Source: Candidatus Kapaibacterium sp. (GTDB taxonomy: Bacteria; Bacteroidota; Ignavibacteria; Palsa-1295). From it: 64,000 bases of DNA. Made by a program: the position numbers and the translations under genes. The notes under the pieces were generated by a model, which saw only the letters and a list, made by a program, of their open reading frames with translations, did no database searches and had not been told where the DNA came from. The stretch covers positions 18,840 to 82,839 of the forward strand of contig JBBQGG010000001.1 of the NCBI GenBank assembly GCA_038322815.1, read 5' to 3'. Of this stretch, positions 9,678 to 19,841 are shown piece by piece; position 1 is the stretch's first letter; each line of letters begins with the position of its first letter.

Positions 9678-12600
9678 TAATATGTAATTTTGAATCCTTT
9701 ATTATCTACATGAAAACCGATAAGGCCGAATGACATTTGAGCAGGGCCCCACGAATGCTTATCGCAGGTATACCATCCGCAGCTTGAGGAACATACGCCC
9801 CATCCAGCATACATTTCACCAGACAAAATGAGATTAGAACTGCCTGTTATTGACCAATTTCCAGTCGATGTATTAAAAGATCCTGTTCCATACATGTTCA
9901 ATCCTACGTGCAATGATCCACCGCCGCATGCAATACCGATCGAACCTCCGGCATTTGCGTCTACTCCGACAAAAGCCGCTGCTCCGATATCAAATTGCGT
10001 TCCGACTGCAAAATTCATTCCTAGTGAAAGAGCAGCTCCATAGTAAGCAGAAACGCTGCAATGCACAATAGGATCAAGATCAACATCAATCGAAGGCAAG
10101 TTTATACCAAGGAAACCGGTGCAATCACCTGCAAAGAAAAATCCTGAAAGAGTATTATATATCGTCGGGATTGTGCGCATTTCTTGCGGGACTTCCTGTT
10201 TCCATGGTAAATTATTAAACTTTCCGGTTATTGCGTCAATAGAAAGGATATTCGGATATGAACCAAGCACCAGTGCTGCTTGAATACCGATGTTAGGGTT
10301 ATTGATTTGCAGATCGCCGTTGGCTGCAAAATACCATCCGTCTTTATCAATTTGAAGATCGGCTTGGCCATCCATATGTCCGGCGCCGGGCAGATCGGCG
10401 TTAAGATCAATTGATCCATGCATTGCTCCTGTCGCAAAATCAATCGTAATTGCCCCGCCACCGAATGGTGTCGGAATATTCTTTACTGCTATCTGTTGGT
10501 CACCGTCTGTTTGAACAGCACCGGATATCTTAAAAGTCATTGTACTGGATGCCCCCGTTAAACCCATAAGTGAACCGCTGAAACGAAGAGTTGACCACTT
10601 ATGTGATGAATAATCGAATTCCATTCCGCCTATAATATTTCCAACGTAGCGTGCACCATCCTTGGAGATAGAAAATATTGTTGGAGTACCTTTCAAACTT
10701 TGTGATTGTATTGTAATTGCCGTTGAATCGGGAGTCCTCGAAAGTAATACCGGAAAAGAATAACTGCTCTTAGGGTTTTGGTCGATCAACGTTCCATTTG
10801 CAAAAAAACCATTTTCATTGAGTTGCTCAGCAGAAGCAGGAAAGGTCATGAATGTTCCGCTTGCATAGTAATAACTTTTTCCGTTTTGATAATAATCCTG
10901 TATATCAAACAACAATTTTTTTGGATCAAATACGAGTGAGCCATTCGAAGAGAAAACGGATAACACTCTATTTGAAGCTTGCAGTCCGTATCCAAGATCA
11001 AGAAAGGCGTCACCTTTTATATCTATCACTCCTCCAGAAACCACAGACAAGGACTGAGGTAAAAAGGACATATATTTATAAAGATGAATGTAAACATTTT
11101 GCTGCAAATTGAATGAGTTGGAGCCAAGGCTCGTAAGCTTAAAAGAACTTACAAAGATCGAATCATCAGGGGTCATTCCGTTTATCCCTGCAAAACTTGC
11201 TGCATGCGTATTTACACTTTGTTTTGTTGAATAAAGCTGCCAGGCAGGCGGTTGCGCTCCGATATCATGTCCGAATTGAACCGGACTATTAAGAGCAAGA
11301 GGTATAACGCTTGCAATAGAAAGCGAAGATAATTTAAATGCAGCTTGCTCAGGTTTCCATCCTTGCGGCGTAATTGGCAATCCCGTAAACGGTACATCGA
11401 CAGAGCCTGTTTTAAGCACTCCGTCCATAGAAAAATTATCCCCTGAGAAAAGTATATTCTGCCCTTGAAGCTTCCAATTATCAAGTGCTATTTCAGGTAG
11501 AGTAATATTCGGAGGCAAGTTAATAGCAACATCTTTTCCCCTGAGACGAACGATGCCGATATTTAGTGGAATCGTTTTTTTACTATTTGATATGTCAGGT
11601 AAATTCAACGTCGTAGCAATTGTAATAGAATCACCTTGCAAAACAGAATTCGTTGCATCGAAAGCTGCATTGAATGAATTCAGTGTAAAATTCCCACTGC
11701 TTCCCTTCATATCAACCACTTTTAGTCCATTTGGATTTAGCGTAAATGCATCATTCCCATCTGCTGGAAGAACAGATAGATTCATATTATTAGGCGGCAA
11801 TTGATTAGGAACTGCAAGATAAAAGCCATTTTCTTTTCCGTTGATAAATGAAATTTTAGGAGAAAATTGATTTGCCGGAATATATATCTTCCCTGATAAT
11901 GTCCCTTTTTCATCCGGAGTTGAGGAAATTACGATATTACCGTTTAAGCCTTTAAGCTGAGCATTGTATTTCCCATTCGCAGAATAGGTATACCAAAGAG
12001 GAATAGAACTCTCATCCGTCACTATGGGTAATTTTACAGGTTTGGGATAAGGCACACCGCTAGCCCCCTTATGTATGCCTGGAGTTATACTGATATTTGT
12101 AAAATTGATTTCACTTTGGTCAGTTTTAAAGTGCTGTGATGATGGTATCTCACTAAAACTTCCGGTAATGAAAACGCCATTCGGAAGAGAATCCAGCTTC
12201 TCTACATTCATCGGAAATCCCAGCATCTGAGTGATGTCCATGTCTTCATAGACTTGTAAAAAGAAGTCAACATTGGTTAATCCTTCTTTCGGAACGGTCA
12301 GAGTTTTTTCTTCTCCGATCGTACCTGACTTTGACTTAGATGCGAAAAATGTATGCTTGCCGATCGGAACATTTCCAAGTTTATATACTCCGGGTAAATG
12401 ATCTAATGAAAATCCTGAATACGCTAATATTTCATCCTGTGTATATTTTGGAGTACTAGAGTTCGAGCCGCCAGGTTGATTTGGTAAAAACTGAGGAGTA
12501 GTTTCATCACCTTGTGAGGTCGCTTGCTTGATATGAATCTTAGCCGAATTGATTACATCTTTCTTGCCTGACTTTTTCGAGTATAAATAGACAGTTCCTT

Positions 12601-15600
12601 TAATAAATCCAGCTTTTCTGGTCTTAAGCTTATAAAGGATAAAATCTTTTGAAAGGGGATTTTTAATTGAATAAGCACGGTGCTCATAGTCAGCATCTGT
12701 ATTTGTATATGTTGTAAATGTAAAATACTGATCGCTTGATTCAAAAGGAGTCCAATATGTAGTATCGGCGCCCCAATTGACAGCTGGGGTAACAGACCCC
12801 GGAAATTGTGGATTTGCCATTTCGGTAGCAACAATTTTGGAATTAATGATCTCATTTGTTTCCTGATCTATCGTGAGAATCTTAATTCGATGCAATTTCT
12901 TAAGCATATAAACATTGCCAAGATCTTCTTCGCTTGCATGGGGATGATATGTTCTTATCGTATCGTTAAAATAGGAAGCATCAACAGGATCGATGAAAAC
13001 ATGACTCGGTTCTTCTAAATTGGTCGGTAAGGAAAAATCACCGTATGTTAAGACTGATGAGCCGTTCTCGACAGTTACATAAGCCCCCTGACCCCATAAG
13101 ATACTTTCACCCCATTTAGCAAACACTTTTCCTTTAATAATTGCTTTCGGCATCAGAAAAAATTCAGTATATTGTTGTTCCCCCTCTTGTAATCCGTGAA
13201 GATTAATTTTTTCGCTGAGAGAATATCCAAGTTTCGATGCTTGAATACTGGGGTTACTTTGATTTGCGTATTTGCCGTCAAGATAATAATAGCCGTTATT
13301 ATCTGTGGTTGTTGCTGTGGTATGAGTTTTGAACTCACCGTCTTGATAAAATCCTGTAACCAAAGCATTTGCAATTCCCGCATTATGATTGTCATCACGA
13401 AGCACCCTACCGGTAATTTGCGCCGGAAGCGGAATCACTTTGATCACCTTATCAATAAATGGGATCTGGTATTCACTATTAAATTCAGTAAAATCATCCT
13501 TATCACTAAAGTCATCCCAAGAAAAGCCAAGGTAATTCTTTCCTGTTGTCGGATCAGATACTGTTTCAAAATGATAGGCTTCGAAATCATTATAGCATCG
13601 TGCAAGTCTCGTAAATGTCACGCTGGCATCATCCCCGCCCGTTAAACCCACTGCAACAACATCCTCTCCGGAACGCTGTATAGCCGGGTCAGGATGTGGA
13701 GAGCCTTCATCATCGGGGACGGCTATAGGCCTGTTTGGTCGGCGTACATAGACGTACATACCCGGCAACGGTGAGGAATCCTTTATTTTTTGAGTATGAA
13801 TCTTTAATGTGTAAGTCCTTAAATTTGCATAAACAACACCAATATCCCTTATTTCGCCTGGTTGAAGTAATAACTCCTCATCCGGACTTGAAAAATGTTT
13901 ATCATCAACTATCACCTTATACATTCTCGTTAACCCGGAAACATCTGAGAGTTTTGGAATGTCGGTGAAGGTGAATGAAAAATCCCCTTTTGAATCTGTT
14001 TTTGCGAACGCTACAACTTTTCCATTATCCGGATATGTGCCAGGATCCATATTAGGAGACACCATAATAAGTGGCGTCTTATATCGGATCTGCAATTTTA
14101 GGGCAGTATTTGTTAAGGGAGTATTGTTGACTTTGCTTTGATCAAAACCTTGATGCAGATTTCCTTTAACGCCCGACTTGATGGACTGTGGTGCAAAATC
14201 AAGATGATATTGACTCCAGGTATAATCCGAATTCATTGTCGGAGACAGCGAAAGATAGAGTACTACTGTATTCAATTTCTGGTTATCCGGATAAACTGCT
14301 CCGGCATATTCATACCCTGAAAATTGGGAAGGAGGAGTTATCGTTATGACATATTGCTCGGTGCCATAACATTGAATTAATTTCCCGAAATTTACATTGC
14401 CTGAACCATCGGTTGTTCCTTCTGCAATAACCGGTATTCCCAGAAAAGATTTCGGAGTTGAAGGTTTTGGTGAACCTTCATCATTAGGAATATGATCATC
14501 TTTCTTTAAGCGGTAAAGATCAACAACTGCCCCACTTATCCCATATGGTACTTTAATATCATTAACTGACATTGTAAGTCCGAACGACTTTATAAAGCAG
14601 TGCATCTCTCCGGCATCGGAAACTGAAGTAGTCGACATCTTTACTTCAACATCGGGACTTGTATAATGGATATCATCAACTATAAGAAATGCTTTCCTGT
14701 ATATCAGAGCGGCAGTGTTAATAATTGTATTGCTATTCTGAACCGCAAATTCGCTTCTATTTTCAGCATCTTTATAATCTATACTAAATGTAAAATTACC
14801 GGCTGCATCGGTTTTTGAAGATGCATAGGTTGAATCATTCCCAAAAAACTTTTTCTTCCCGCCAACTATTTTATACTGACGCATTGAAAGATGTATTGGC
14901 ATATTTGCAAGCGGAAAATACTTTGTACTTTGTTCAGGATCAGCATATCCGTATTTCAAAACTCCTTTAATGATAGTATGAACATTTAAAACGGGGGTTT
15001 GAGGTTTGGGATTTTTATCGACAATTAAGTCTCCTTTTACGGAAAAGAGAAATATTTCGCTATAGCCTTCATTCCGCGCGAAAGATTTGCCCATTGCATC
15101 TACTGCGCGGACGCGCCATCCATAGGAAGCAGAGGTTCGAAATTTATTGGCTAAATCCGGAGGCAGAAGAAAAGTCGGAGACTTTATTGTACGGTCTTCA
15201 GCAATTGGAATATTTGATTGTAGTGCTTGTGTGGGAGATTGTCCTTTTAATACTTCAACAATTTTTAATTCATAATTCACTCCTCCTGTAGGCGAAACCA
15301 CAGGCGTCCAATTAAAGATCGAAGGAACGCGTTCTAATTCAGAATTATTTTGTGGGTTAATGAGCTGTGGGGGATTAGCAAAAGCTATCGAAAAATTCGA
15401 GCATATATTCTGTGATAAAATGATAGGCTGTCGTGATATGTTTTCAAATGTCAGACAGATTTGATACTCCCCTTCAGGCATCATACCTGTTCGTATCATC
15501 GCAACTTTATGCGCTTCATTATATTGCAAGCCAGTTGAACCAATAAAATTATTATTTGTAAGAATGGTTGGCGACGGGAATGCATTTATATTCTGAGGTG

Positions 15601-15856
15601 AAGATCTTCCCCGAAGCATCACCGTATTATTAGAAAGATTGCGGACTTCAAAAATAATAATTATCTGAGTAGGGGCAGGAGTAGGATTTAAAATTGTCAA
15701 TGTACCGATTGATGCATTTGACCGCCATTCTTCGAGATATGGAGTCGGGCGGGAGCCAAAGTACAAAGTCGCAGTCCATGGTGCTTGTGCAAAGATTTGA
15801 GTGCTCAGGCAGATGCTACAAAAAATAATAAACAGGCGGATGTACTTCTGTGCCAT
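9677..15856 (-). CDS. giant cell-surface protein (2059 aa) with CarboxypepD_reg-like/Ig-like repeats and Gly-rich C-terminal region ending in aromatic residue
   Basis: Signal peptide MAQKYIRLFIIFCSICLSTQIFAQA. Several beta-sandwich-like segments (GKVVAFAKTDSKGDFSFTF; GRVLRDDNHNAGIANALVTG). C-terminus ...GFHVDNKGFKITY. No T9SS CTD recognised. Confidence 0.6.
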   Translation of the reverse strand: MAQKYIRLFIIFCSICLSTQIFAQAPWTATLYFGSRPTPYLEEWRSNASIGTLTILNPTPAPTQIIIIFEVRNLSNNTVMLRGRSSPQNINAFPSPTILTNNNFIGSTGLQYNEAHKVAMIRTGMMPEGEYQICLTFENISRQPIILSQNICSNFSIAFANPPQLINPQNNSELERVPSIFNWTPVVSPTGGVNYELKIVEVLKGQSPTQALQSNIPIAEDRTIKSPTFLLPPDLANKFRTSASYGWRVRAVDAMGKSFARNEGYSEIFLFSVKGDLIVDKNPKPQTPVLNVHTIIKGVLKYGYADPEQSTKYFPLANMPIHLSMRQYKIVGGKKKFFGNDSTYASSKTDAAGNFTFSIDYKDAENRSEFAVQNSNTIINTAALIYRKAFLIVDDIHYTSPDVEVKMSTTSVSDAGEMHCFIKSFGLTMSVNDIKVPYGISGAVVDLYRLKKDDHIPNDEGSPKPSTPKSFLGIPVIAEGTTDGSGNVNFGKLIQCYGTEQYVITITPPSQFSGYEYAGAVYPDNQKLNTVVLYLSLSPTMNSDYTWSQYHLDFAPQSIKSGVKGNLHQGFDQSKVNNTPLTNTALKLQIRYKTPLIMVSPNMDPGTYPDNGKVVAFAKTDSKGDFSFTFTDIPKLSDVSGLTRMYKVIVDDKHFSSPDEELLLQPGEIRDIGVVYANLRTYTLKIHTQKIKDSSPLPGMYVYVRRPNRPIAVPDDEGSPHPDPAIQRSGEDVVAVGLTGGDDASVTFTRLARCYNDFEAYHFETVSDPTTGKNYLGFSWDDFSDKDDFTEFNSEYQIPFIDKVIKVIPLPAQITGRVLRDDNHNAGIANALVTGFYQDGEFKTHTTATTTDNNGYYYLDGKYANQSNPSIQASKLGYSLSEKINLHGLQEGEQQYTEFFLMPKAIIKGKVFAKWGESILWGQGAYVTVENGSSVLTYGDFSLPTNLEEPSHVFIDPVDASYFNDTIRTYHPHASEEDLGNVYMLKKLHRIKILTIDQETNEIINSKIVATEMANPQFPGSVTPAVNWGADTTYWTPFESSDQYFTFTTYTNTDADYEHRAYSIKNPLSKDFILYKLKTRKAGFIKGTVYLYSKKSGKKDVINSAKIHIKQATSQGDETTPQFLPNQPGGSNSSTPKYTQDEILAYSGFSLDHLPGVYKLGNVPIGKHTFFASKSKSGTIGEEKTLTVPKEGLTNVDFFLQVYEDMDITQMLGFPMNVEKLDSLPNGVFITGSFSEIPSSQHFKTDQSEINFTNISITPGIHKGASGVPYPKPVKLPIVTDESSIPLWYTYSANGKYNAQLKGLNGNIVISSTPDEKGTLSGKIYIPANQFSPKISFINGKENGFYLAVPNQLPPNNMNLSVLPADGNDAFTLNPNGLKVVDMKGSSGNFTLNSFNAAFDATNSVLQGDSITIATTLNLPDISNSKKTIPLNIGIVRLRGKDVAINLPPNITLPEIALDNWKLQGQNILFSGDNFSMDGVLKTGSVDVPFTGLPITPQGWKPEQAAFKLSSLSIASVIPLALNSPVQFGHDIGAQPPAWQLYSTKQSVNTHAASFAGINGMTPDDSIFVSSFKLTSLGSNSFNLQQNVYIHLYKYMSFLPQSLSVVSGGVIDIKGDAFLDLGYGLQASNRVLSVFSSNGSLVFDPKKLLFDIQDYYQNGKSYYYASGTFMTFPASAEQLNENGFFANGTLIDQNPKSSYSFPVLLSRTPDSTAITIQSQSLKGTPTIFSISKDGARYVGNIIGGMEFDYSSHKWSTLRFSGSLMGLTGASSTMTFKISGAVQTDGDQQIAVKNIPTPFGGGAITIDFATGAMHGSIDLNADLPGAGHMDGQADLQIDKDGWYFAANGDLQINNPNIGIQAALVLGSYPNILSIDAITGKFNNLPWKQEVPQEMRTIPTIYNTLSGFFFAGDCTGFLGINLPSIDVDLDPIVHCSVSAYYGAALSLGMNFAVGTQFDIGAAAFVGVDANAGGSIGIACGGGSLHVGLNMYGTGSFNTSTGNWSITGSSNLILSGEMYAGWGVCSSSCGWYTCDKHSWGPAQMSFGLIGFHVDNKGFKITY

Positions 15857-15904
15857 AGTAAAATGATGTTACGGAGCACAAAGATACGGAATAAACACGA
15901 CTAT

Positions 15905-16474
15905 CTATTTTTTTGGGTCTATTCTATTTTTTCCATCCCATTCAACATCCATCACTCCTGCAAAATGGTTTGCTTTCCGAGCCAACACAAAAAACAGATC
16001 TGAGAGCCTGTTTAGAAAATGAATGTCAAAAAGGCCTATATTTTCCAACAAAGAAAGACTTACGACAATCCTTTCAGCACGACGACAAACTGTACGTGCA
16101 AGGTGAAAATAGCCTGCAAGAATAGAGCCACCTGGTAAAATAAATTTTTCAAGCGGCAACAGTCCGATTTCAGATTCATCAATTGCTGTTTCTAATTTCT
16201 TTACGTCGCTTTCTTCAATCCTGGGAATTTGATAAGTTATTTTAGATTCCAATGGTGTTGCAAGATCAGAACCTAACACAAAAAGGCTTTTCTGAATCTC
16301 TTGCAAAAGTGGCGCGAAATATTCTGCTCCGGACTGTGTACTCAAAATTCCGATCACGCTATTGAGTTCATCAACCGTTCCGTATGCTTCGATACGCAAG
16401 CTGTTTTTTTGTACTCTCCCTGCTCCGAAAAGTCCGGTAGTCCCGTCATCTCCTGTTTTTGTGTAAATTTTCAT
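15905..16474 (-). CDS. pduO: ATP:cob(I)alamin adenosyltransferase, PduO-type
   Basis: MKIYTKTGDDGTTGLFGAGRV... is the canonical PduO/MMAB N-terminus. Length 189 aa. 4-nt overlap with upstream mntH. Confidence 0.85.
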   Translation of the reverse strand: MKIYTKTGDDGTTGLFGAGRVQKNSLRIEAYGTVDELNSVIGILSTQSGAEYFAPLLQEIQKSLFVLGSDLATPLESKITYQIPRIEESDVKKLETAIDESEIGLLPLEKFILPGGSILAGYFHLARTVCRRAERIVVSLSLLENIGLFDIHFLNRLSDLFFVLARKANHFAGVMDVEWDGKNRIDPKK

Positions 16475-18348
16475 TGTACAATAAATACCGGGATATTAAG
16501 CGCATGACGAACTGGTGAAACAGTCGTACCAAATATCAAGTCTTTCAATCCTCTGTGTCCGTGTGAGCCCATGACTAAAAGATCGATCTGTTCGTGTTTT
16601 CCAATACGAATAAGCTCTTTAGGGGCTGAGCCAAAGCCGATCACAGTATGAATATCCTTACTCTGACGCACAATCAATTCTTCTTTTAACTTGGCAAGAT
16701 ATTCTTCTCCTTGCCGAGCGGCAGTGTCGCGAGTTCTTTCTTTAAGGAAAAATCCTGATGCACTTGCCACGATATGAATTAGCATAATAGATCCATGATC
16801 CGTACAAAGTGAGAGCGCCTGTTCAATAACTCTTTTATCTTTCTCATTTCCTTCAATCGCCACACCAACTTTAGCATATTTAACAACTGTTGCAATTCCG
16901 CCCAGTTCAGGTTTAGGCATTGAAATTATTTTCTCAGTATGTCGATGAAAAAATGGTTTGAAAAGTATATAGAGCAATAAGAATCCAATTGCTACAAAAA
17001 TTGGCAATACTAAAAAACCGATTATTTTCTCTGTAGAAGAGTTAGAGATTAGAGCATTTGTCTCTTGTTCGATCAAAAGATTAATATTCAACACCAGAAC
17101 AATAGCCGCTGTGATCCAGGCTAATATCTTTACCCAAAGTTTATTTGCAAACTCCCCCATGAGTTTCCGCTCACTTGTGAAGTGCACTAATGGGATAACG
17201 GCAAAAGCAAGCTGCATACTTAGAACAACTTGGCTTAGGATCAAAAGCGATAGTGTTGACCCTTCACCAAATACAGATATTACTAAAGCTGCAGGAATAA
17301 TTGCAAGCGACCGTGTAATAATACGCCGTAAAGCAGGACGAATTCGCAAATGCAAAAAACCCTCCATGACAATCTGGCCCGCAAGCGTACCTGTGATCGT
17401 TGATGACTGCCCGCTTGCAAGCAATGCAACTGCAAAGAGAATACCTGCAAATTTCGTCCCCATTAATGGGGAAAGCAATTCATAGGCTTGCTGAATTTCC
17501 GTTACTACTTTACCGTGTGAAAAAAACACGGCTGCCGCTAAAATAAGAATAGCGGCATTAATAAAAAATGCACCGTTGAGCGCAAGAAAAGAATCGAGCA
17601 AGTTATAATTACAGGCATCACGCTTCCCTGCCGGAGTTTGTTCGAACTCTCGTGTTTGAACAAGTGCCGAATGCAGATAGAGATTATGCGGCATTACCGT
17701 TGCGCCGATAATACCGATGGCAATAAACAAGCTTCCGGAGGGAAGCTGCGGAATTAACCCACCTATGACACTATGTAATTCCGGTTTAGCGAGAAATATC
17801 TCTATAATAAAGCACAGCCCTATAAGGACAATCAATGTTAAGATAACTGCTTCTAATTTTCGCATCCCAAGGTGCTGTAACGCAAGTAGCACAAGAACAT
17901 CAAGAGCAGTAATGAAAACACCCCAGATCAGAGGCAGGCCAAAAAGGAGATTAATAGCGATAGCAGTGCCGAGAACTTCAGCAAGATCACATGCAATAAT
18001 GGCAATCTCGCATAACATCCATAATGCTATGGAAACAGGTTTAGCATAATGATCGCGGCATGCCTGTGCTAAGTCGCGTCCAGTAACAATCCCAAGCCGA
18101 GCTGAAAGTGTCTGAAGCAAGAGTGCCATGAGATTCGACATCAGGAGTACCCAAACAAGTGTATATCCGAACCTTGCACCTCCCTCAAGATCCGTCGCCC
18201 AATTTCCAGGATCCATATAGCCGACGCTTACTAAATATGCAGGACCACCAAAAGCAAATAAACGGCGCATCATACCCTTATTCTTATGAGGGATTGATAC
18301 TGATTTATGTACTTCAGCTAATGAAACCTTATTTTCCATTATGTTCAC
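16471..18348 (-). CDS. mntH: NRAMP-family divalent metal (Mn2+/Fe2+) transporter fused to a C-terminal universal stress protein (UspA) domain
   Basis: N-terminal ~440 aa with NRAMP signatures (GPAYLVSVGYMDPGNWATDLEGGARFGY; MPHNLYLHSALV). C-terminal ~140 aa Usp-like (LIHIV...IDLLVMGSHGHRGL...GTTVSPVRHALNIPVFIV). Confidence 0.85.
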   Translation of the reverse strand: MNIMENKVSLAEVHKSVSIPHKNKGMMRRLFAFGGPAYLVSVGYMDPGNWATDLEGGARFGYTLVWVLLMSNLMALLLQTLSARLGIVTGRDLAQACRDHYAKPVSIALWMLCEIAIIACDLAEVLGTAIAINLLFGLPLIWGVFITALDVLVLLALQHLGMRKLEAVILTLIVLIGLCFIIEIFLAKPELHSVIGGLIPQLPSGSLFIAIGIIGATVMPHNLYLHSALVQTREFEQTPAGKRDACNYNLLDSFLALNGAFFINAAILILAAAVFFSHGKVVTEIQQAYELLSPLMGTKFAGILFAVALLASGQSSTITGTLAGQIVMEGFLHLRIRPALRRIITRSLAIIPAALVISVFGEGSTLSLLILSQVVLSMQLAFAVIPLVHFTSERKLMGEFANKLWVKILAWITAAIVLVLNINLLIEQETNALISNSSTEKIIGFLVLPIFVAIGFLLLYILFKPFFHRHTEKIISMPKPELGGIATVVKYAKVGVAIEGNEKDKRVIEQALSLCTDHGSIMLIHIVASASGFFLKERTRDTAARQGEEYLAKLKEELIVRQSKDIHTVIGFGSAPKELIRIGKHEQIDLLVMGSHGHRGLKDLIFGTTVSPVRHALNIPVFIVQ

Positions 18349-18568
18349 TATTTCCCTGTAAAATAGCTTTTAGATCGACTATCTTCTTACGAATGCTTTC
18401 TATTTCTCGCGGCGTTATTTTTTTAGATGAAGGTTTTTGGTAATATACATCGAGAGCGTTCAAGTCGATTAGCATATCGGTAAGCATTGTCAATGCTGTG
18501 GCAATCCTGCCTTCACTCTCGCCTTTCATGAATATCTGGTCTTCAAGTAATGTTTTATATTCAGACAT
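18329..18568 (-). CDS. hypothetical small protein (79 aa), predicted helical
   Basis: ORF overlaps the mntH start by 20 nt. Its ATG overlaps the stop of the upstream small ORF (ATGTCTGA). No recognisable motif. Confidence 0.3.
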   Translation of the reverse strand: MSEYKTLLEDQIFMKGESEGRIATALTMLTDMLIDLNALDVYYQKPSSKKITPREIESIRKKIVDLKAILQGNSEHNGK

Positions 18569-18725
18569 ATATACTCTTCAGTTCATAATCCATGACGAAT
18601 TTGATCGCCGGTTCGTAGCCAAAACGCCTAATTATACTCCTATCTCGTTTGCGAAGTCCTTTCTCCATGACAATAACAATTGCTTCACCTTCTTCCAAAG
18701 AACGCATAGCGTTTATAGTCGGCAT
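18561..18725 (-). CDS. hypothetical small protein (~54 aa from internal ATG), weak FeoA/SH3-like resemblance
   Basis: The ORF-track version (start 18812) would span a predicted terminator hairpin. The shorter form MPTINAMRSLEEGEAIVIVMEKGL... starts after it. Resemblance to FeoA (L..L..GE...IV) is weak. Confidence 0.2.
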   Translation of the reverse strand: MPTINAMRSLEEGEAIVIVMEKGLRKRDRSIIRRFGYEPAIKFVMDYELKSIYV

Positions 18726-18744
18726 ACTAACAGAAAGGACGAGG

Positions 18745-18776
18745 AAAACAAAACATTTCGCGATTGTACGCGAAAT
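18745..18776 (-). terminator. intrinsic terminator after heptosyltransferase gene
   Basis: Perfect 8-bp inverted repeat ATTTCGCG-N6-CGCGAAAT (18755-18776). On the minus strand it is followed by GTTTTGTTTT. Confidence 0.5.
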
Positions 18777-18833
18777 AGATACTATAACGATCCGGTAAAT
18801 ATCGCTTATCATGTGTTGAACAACAATTACGGT

Positions 18834-19838
18834 TTAGGTTATGCTCCTTTGTTTGCGAAAAGTAAGCAGACTCTTTGCAACATCGAAAACGTTTTGGGCA
18901 CTTATACTCGTCATGCATTCATGCGAATGAATCGGACATTCATTCCCGCCATGTGATGCACATGGCCTGCACCATAAATTTTCATTTTGGATAATCTGCC
19001 CTATATCTGAGGGGGGAGCAAATCCAAATTCCGGAACTGTAGGTCCGTAAATGACGATGGTTGGAGTGCACGTAGCAGTCGCAATATGAACGGGAGCACT
19101 ATCATTAGAAATAAGTAAATCGCAATAAGAAATGACTGAAGTAAGTTCTTCGGGCGATGTTTTAGATGTAAGATCTACAACATTATTATATGTTGAATGG
19201 TCGTCACCTTCTAATTTACTTTCATTGACTCCGATAATAATTATGCTGTAATTTTTACTTCGTAAAAGGGAGAGTAGGCTTTTATATTTATCATAACCCC
19301 ATTGTTTCGTTTGCCAAACACTATCAGGCGCCATTGCAATAATGGGTCGTGGTAAATTTGTTACTTCTTTTGGCAAGAATAAATCGGAAGTTGCTAATTT
19401 AGGAAGTGTTGTAAGATCAGCCTCGGGGTAAATGACTTGTAATAAGCGAATTGCTCTTGCAGAATGTGGTTCATTAACTTCAGTAACTTTATGAGTTAAA
19501 ATATTGTAATCTCCATACCCAATTATTTGTGGAGCATTCAGTCTTTCGATCAGCATTCTCGTCCTTTTTGAATTATGGAGCGTGAAGACTACATCAAATT
19601 CTGCTTTATTCAACTCAACTGCCTTTTTCCTAATCCCCTCTATACCATTTTCAGTATTATACTTATCATAGATCAATACTTGATTTACTGATGGTGAGAA
19701 ATTTATTATCCTGGCAACTTCAGGGCGAACAAGATACGAAATATGAGCATCGGGAGAAAGCCTGCGCAATTCTTCTGCAAGTGAGAGCGAAATGACGGCA
19801 TCGCCTAGGAAGGCTGTCTGAATGACAAGTACTTTCAT
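18834..19838 (-). CDS. glycosyltransferase family 9 (LPS heptosyltransferase-like)
   Basis: MKVLVIQTAFLGDAVISLSLAEEL... is a typical RfaF/WaaC-type N-terminus. Length 334 aa. Confidence 0.8.
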   Translation of the reverse strand: MKVLVIQTAFLGDAVISLSLAEELRRLSPDAHISYLVRPEVARIINFSPSVNQVLIYDKYNTENGIEGIRKKAVELNKAEFDVVFTLHNSKRTRMLIERLNAPQIIGYGDYNILTHKVTEVNEPHSARAIRLLQVIYPEADLTTLPKLATSDLFLPKEVTNLPRPIIAMAPDSVWQTKQWGYDKYKSLLSLLRSKNYSIIIIGVNESKLEGDDHSTYNNVVDLTSKTSPEELTSVISYCDLLISNDSAPVHIATATCTPTIVIYGPTVPEFGFAPPSDIGQIIQNENLWCRPCASHGGNECPIHSHECMTSISAQNVFDVAKSLLTFRKQRSIT

Positions 19839-19841
19839 AGT

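Noticed and set aside
18561-18812. 83-aa ORF-track product as a full-length FeoA
   Set aside because: With the start at 18812 it would read through a strong hairpin+T-tract terminator (18745-18776), and its N-terminal 28 aa look like junk. Only the shorter 54-aa version is retained, at low confidence.
18349-18833. yybP-ykoY Mn2+ riboswitch upstream of mntH
   Set aside because: This would be expected upstream of an NRAMP gene, but I could not find the conserved riboswitch blocks. The region is occupied by two overlapping small ORFs.
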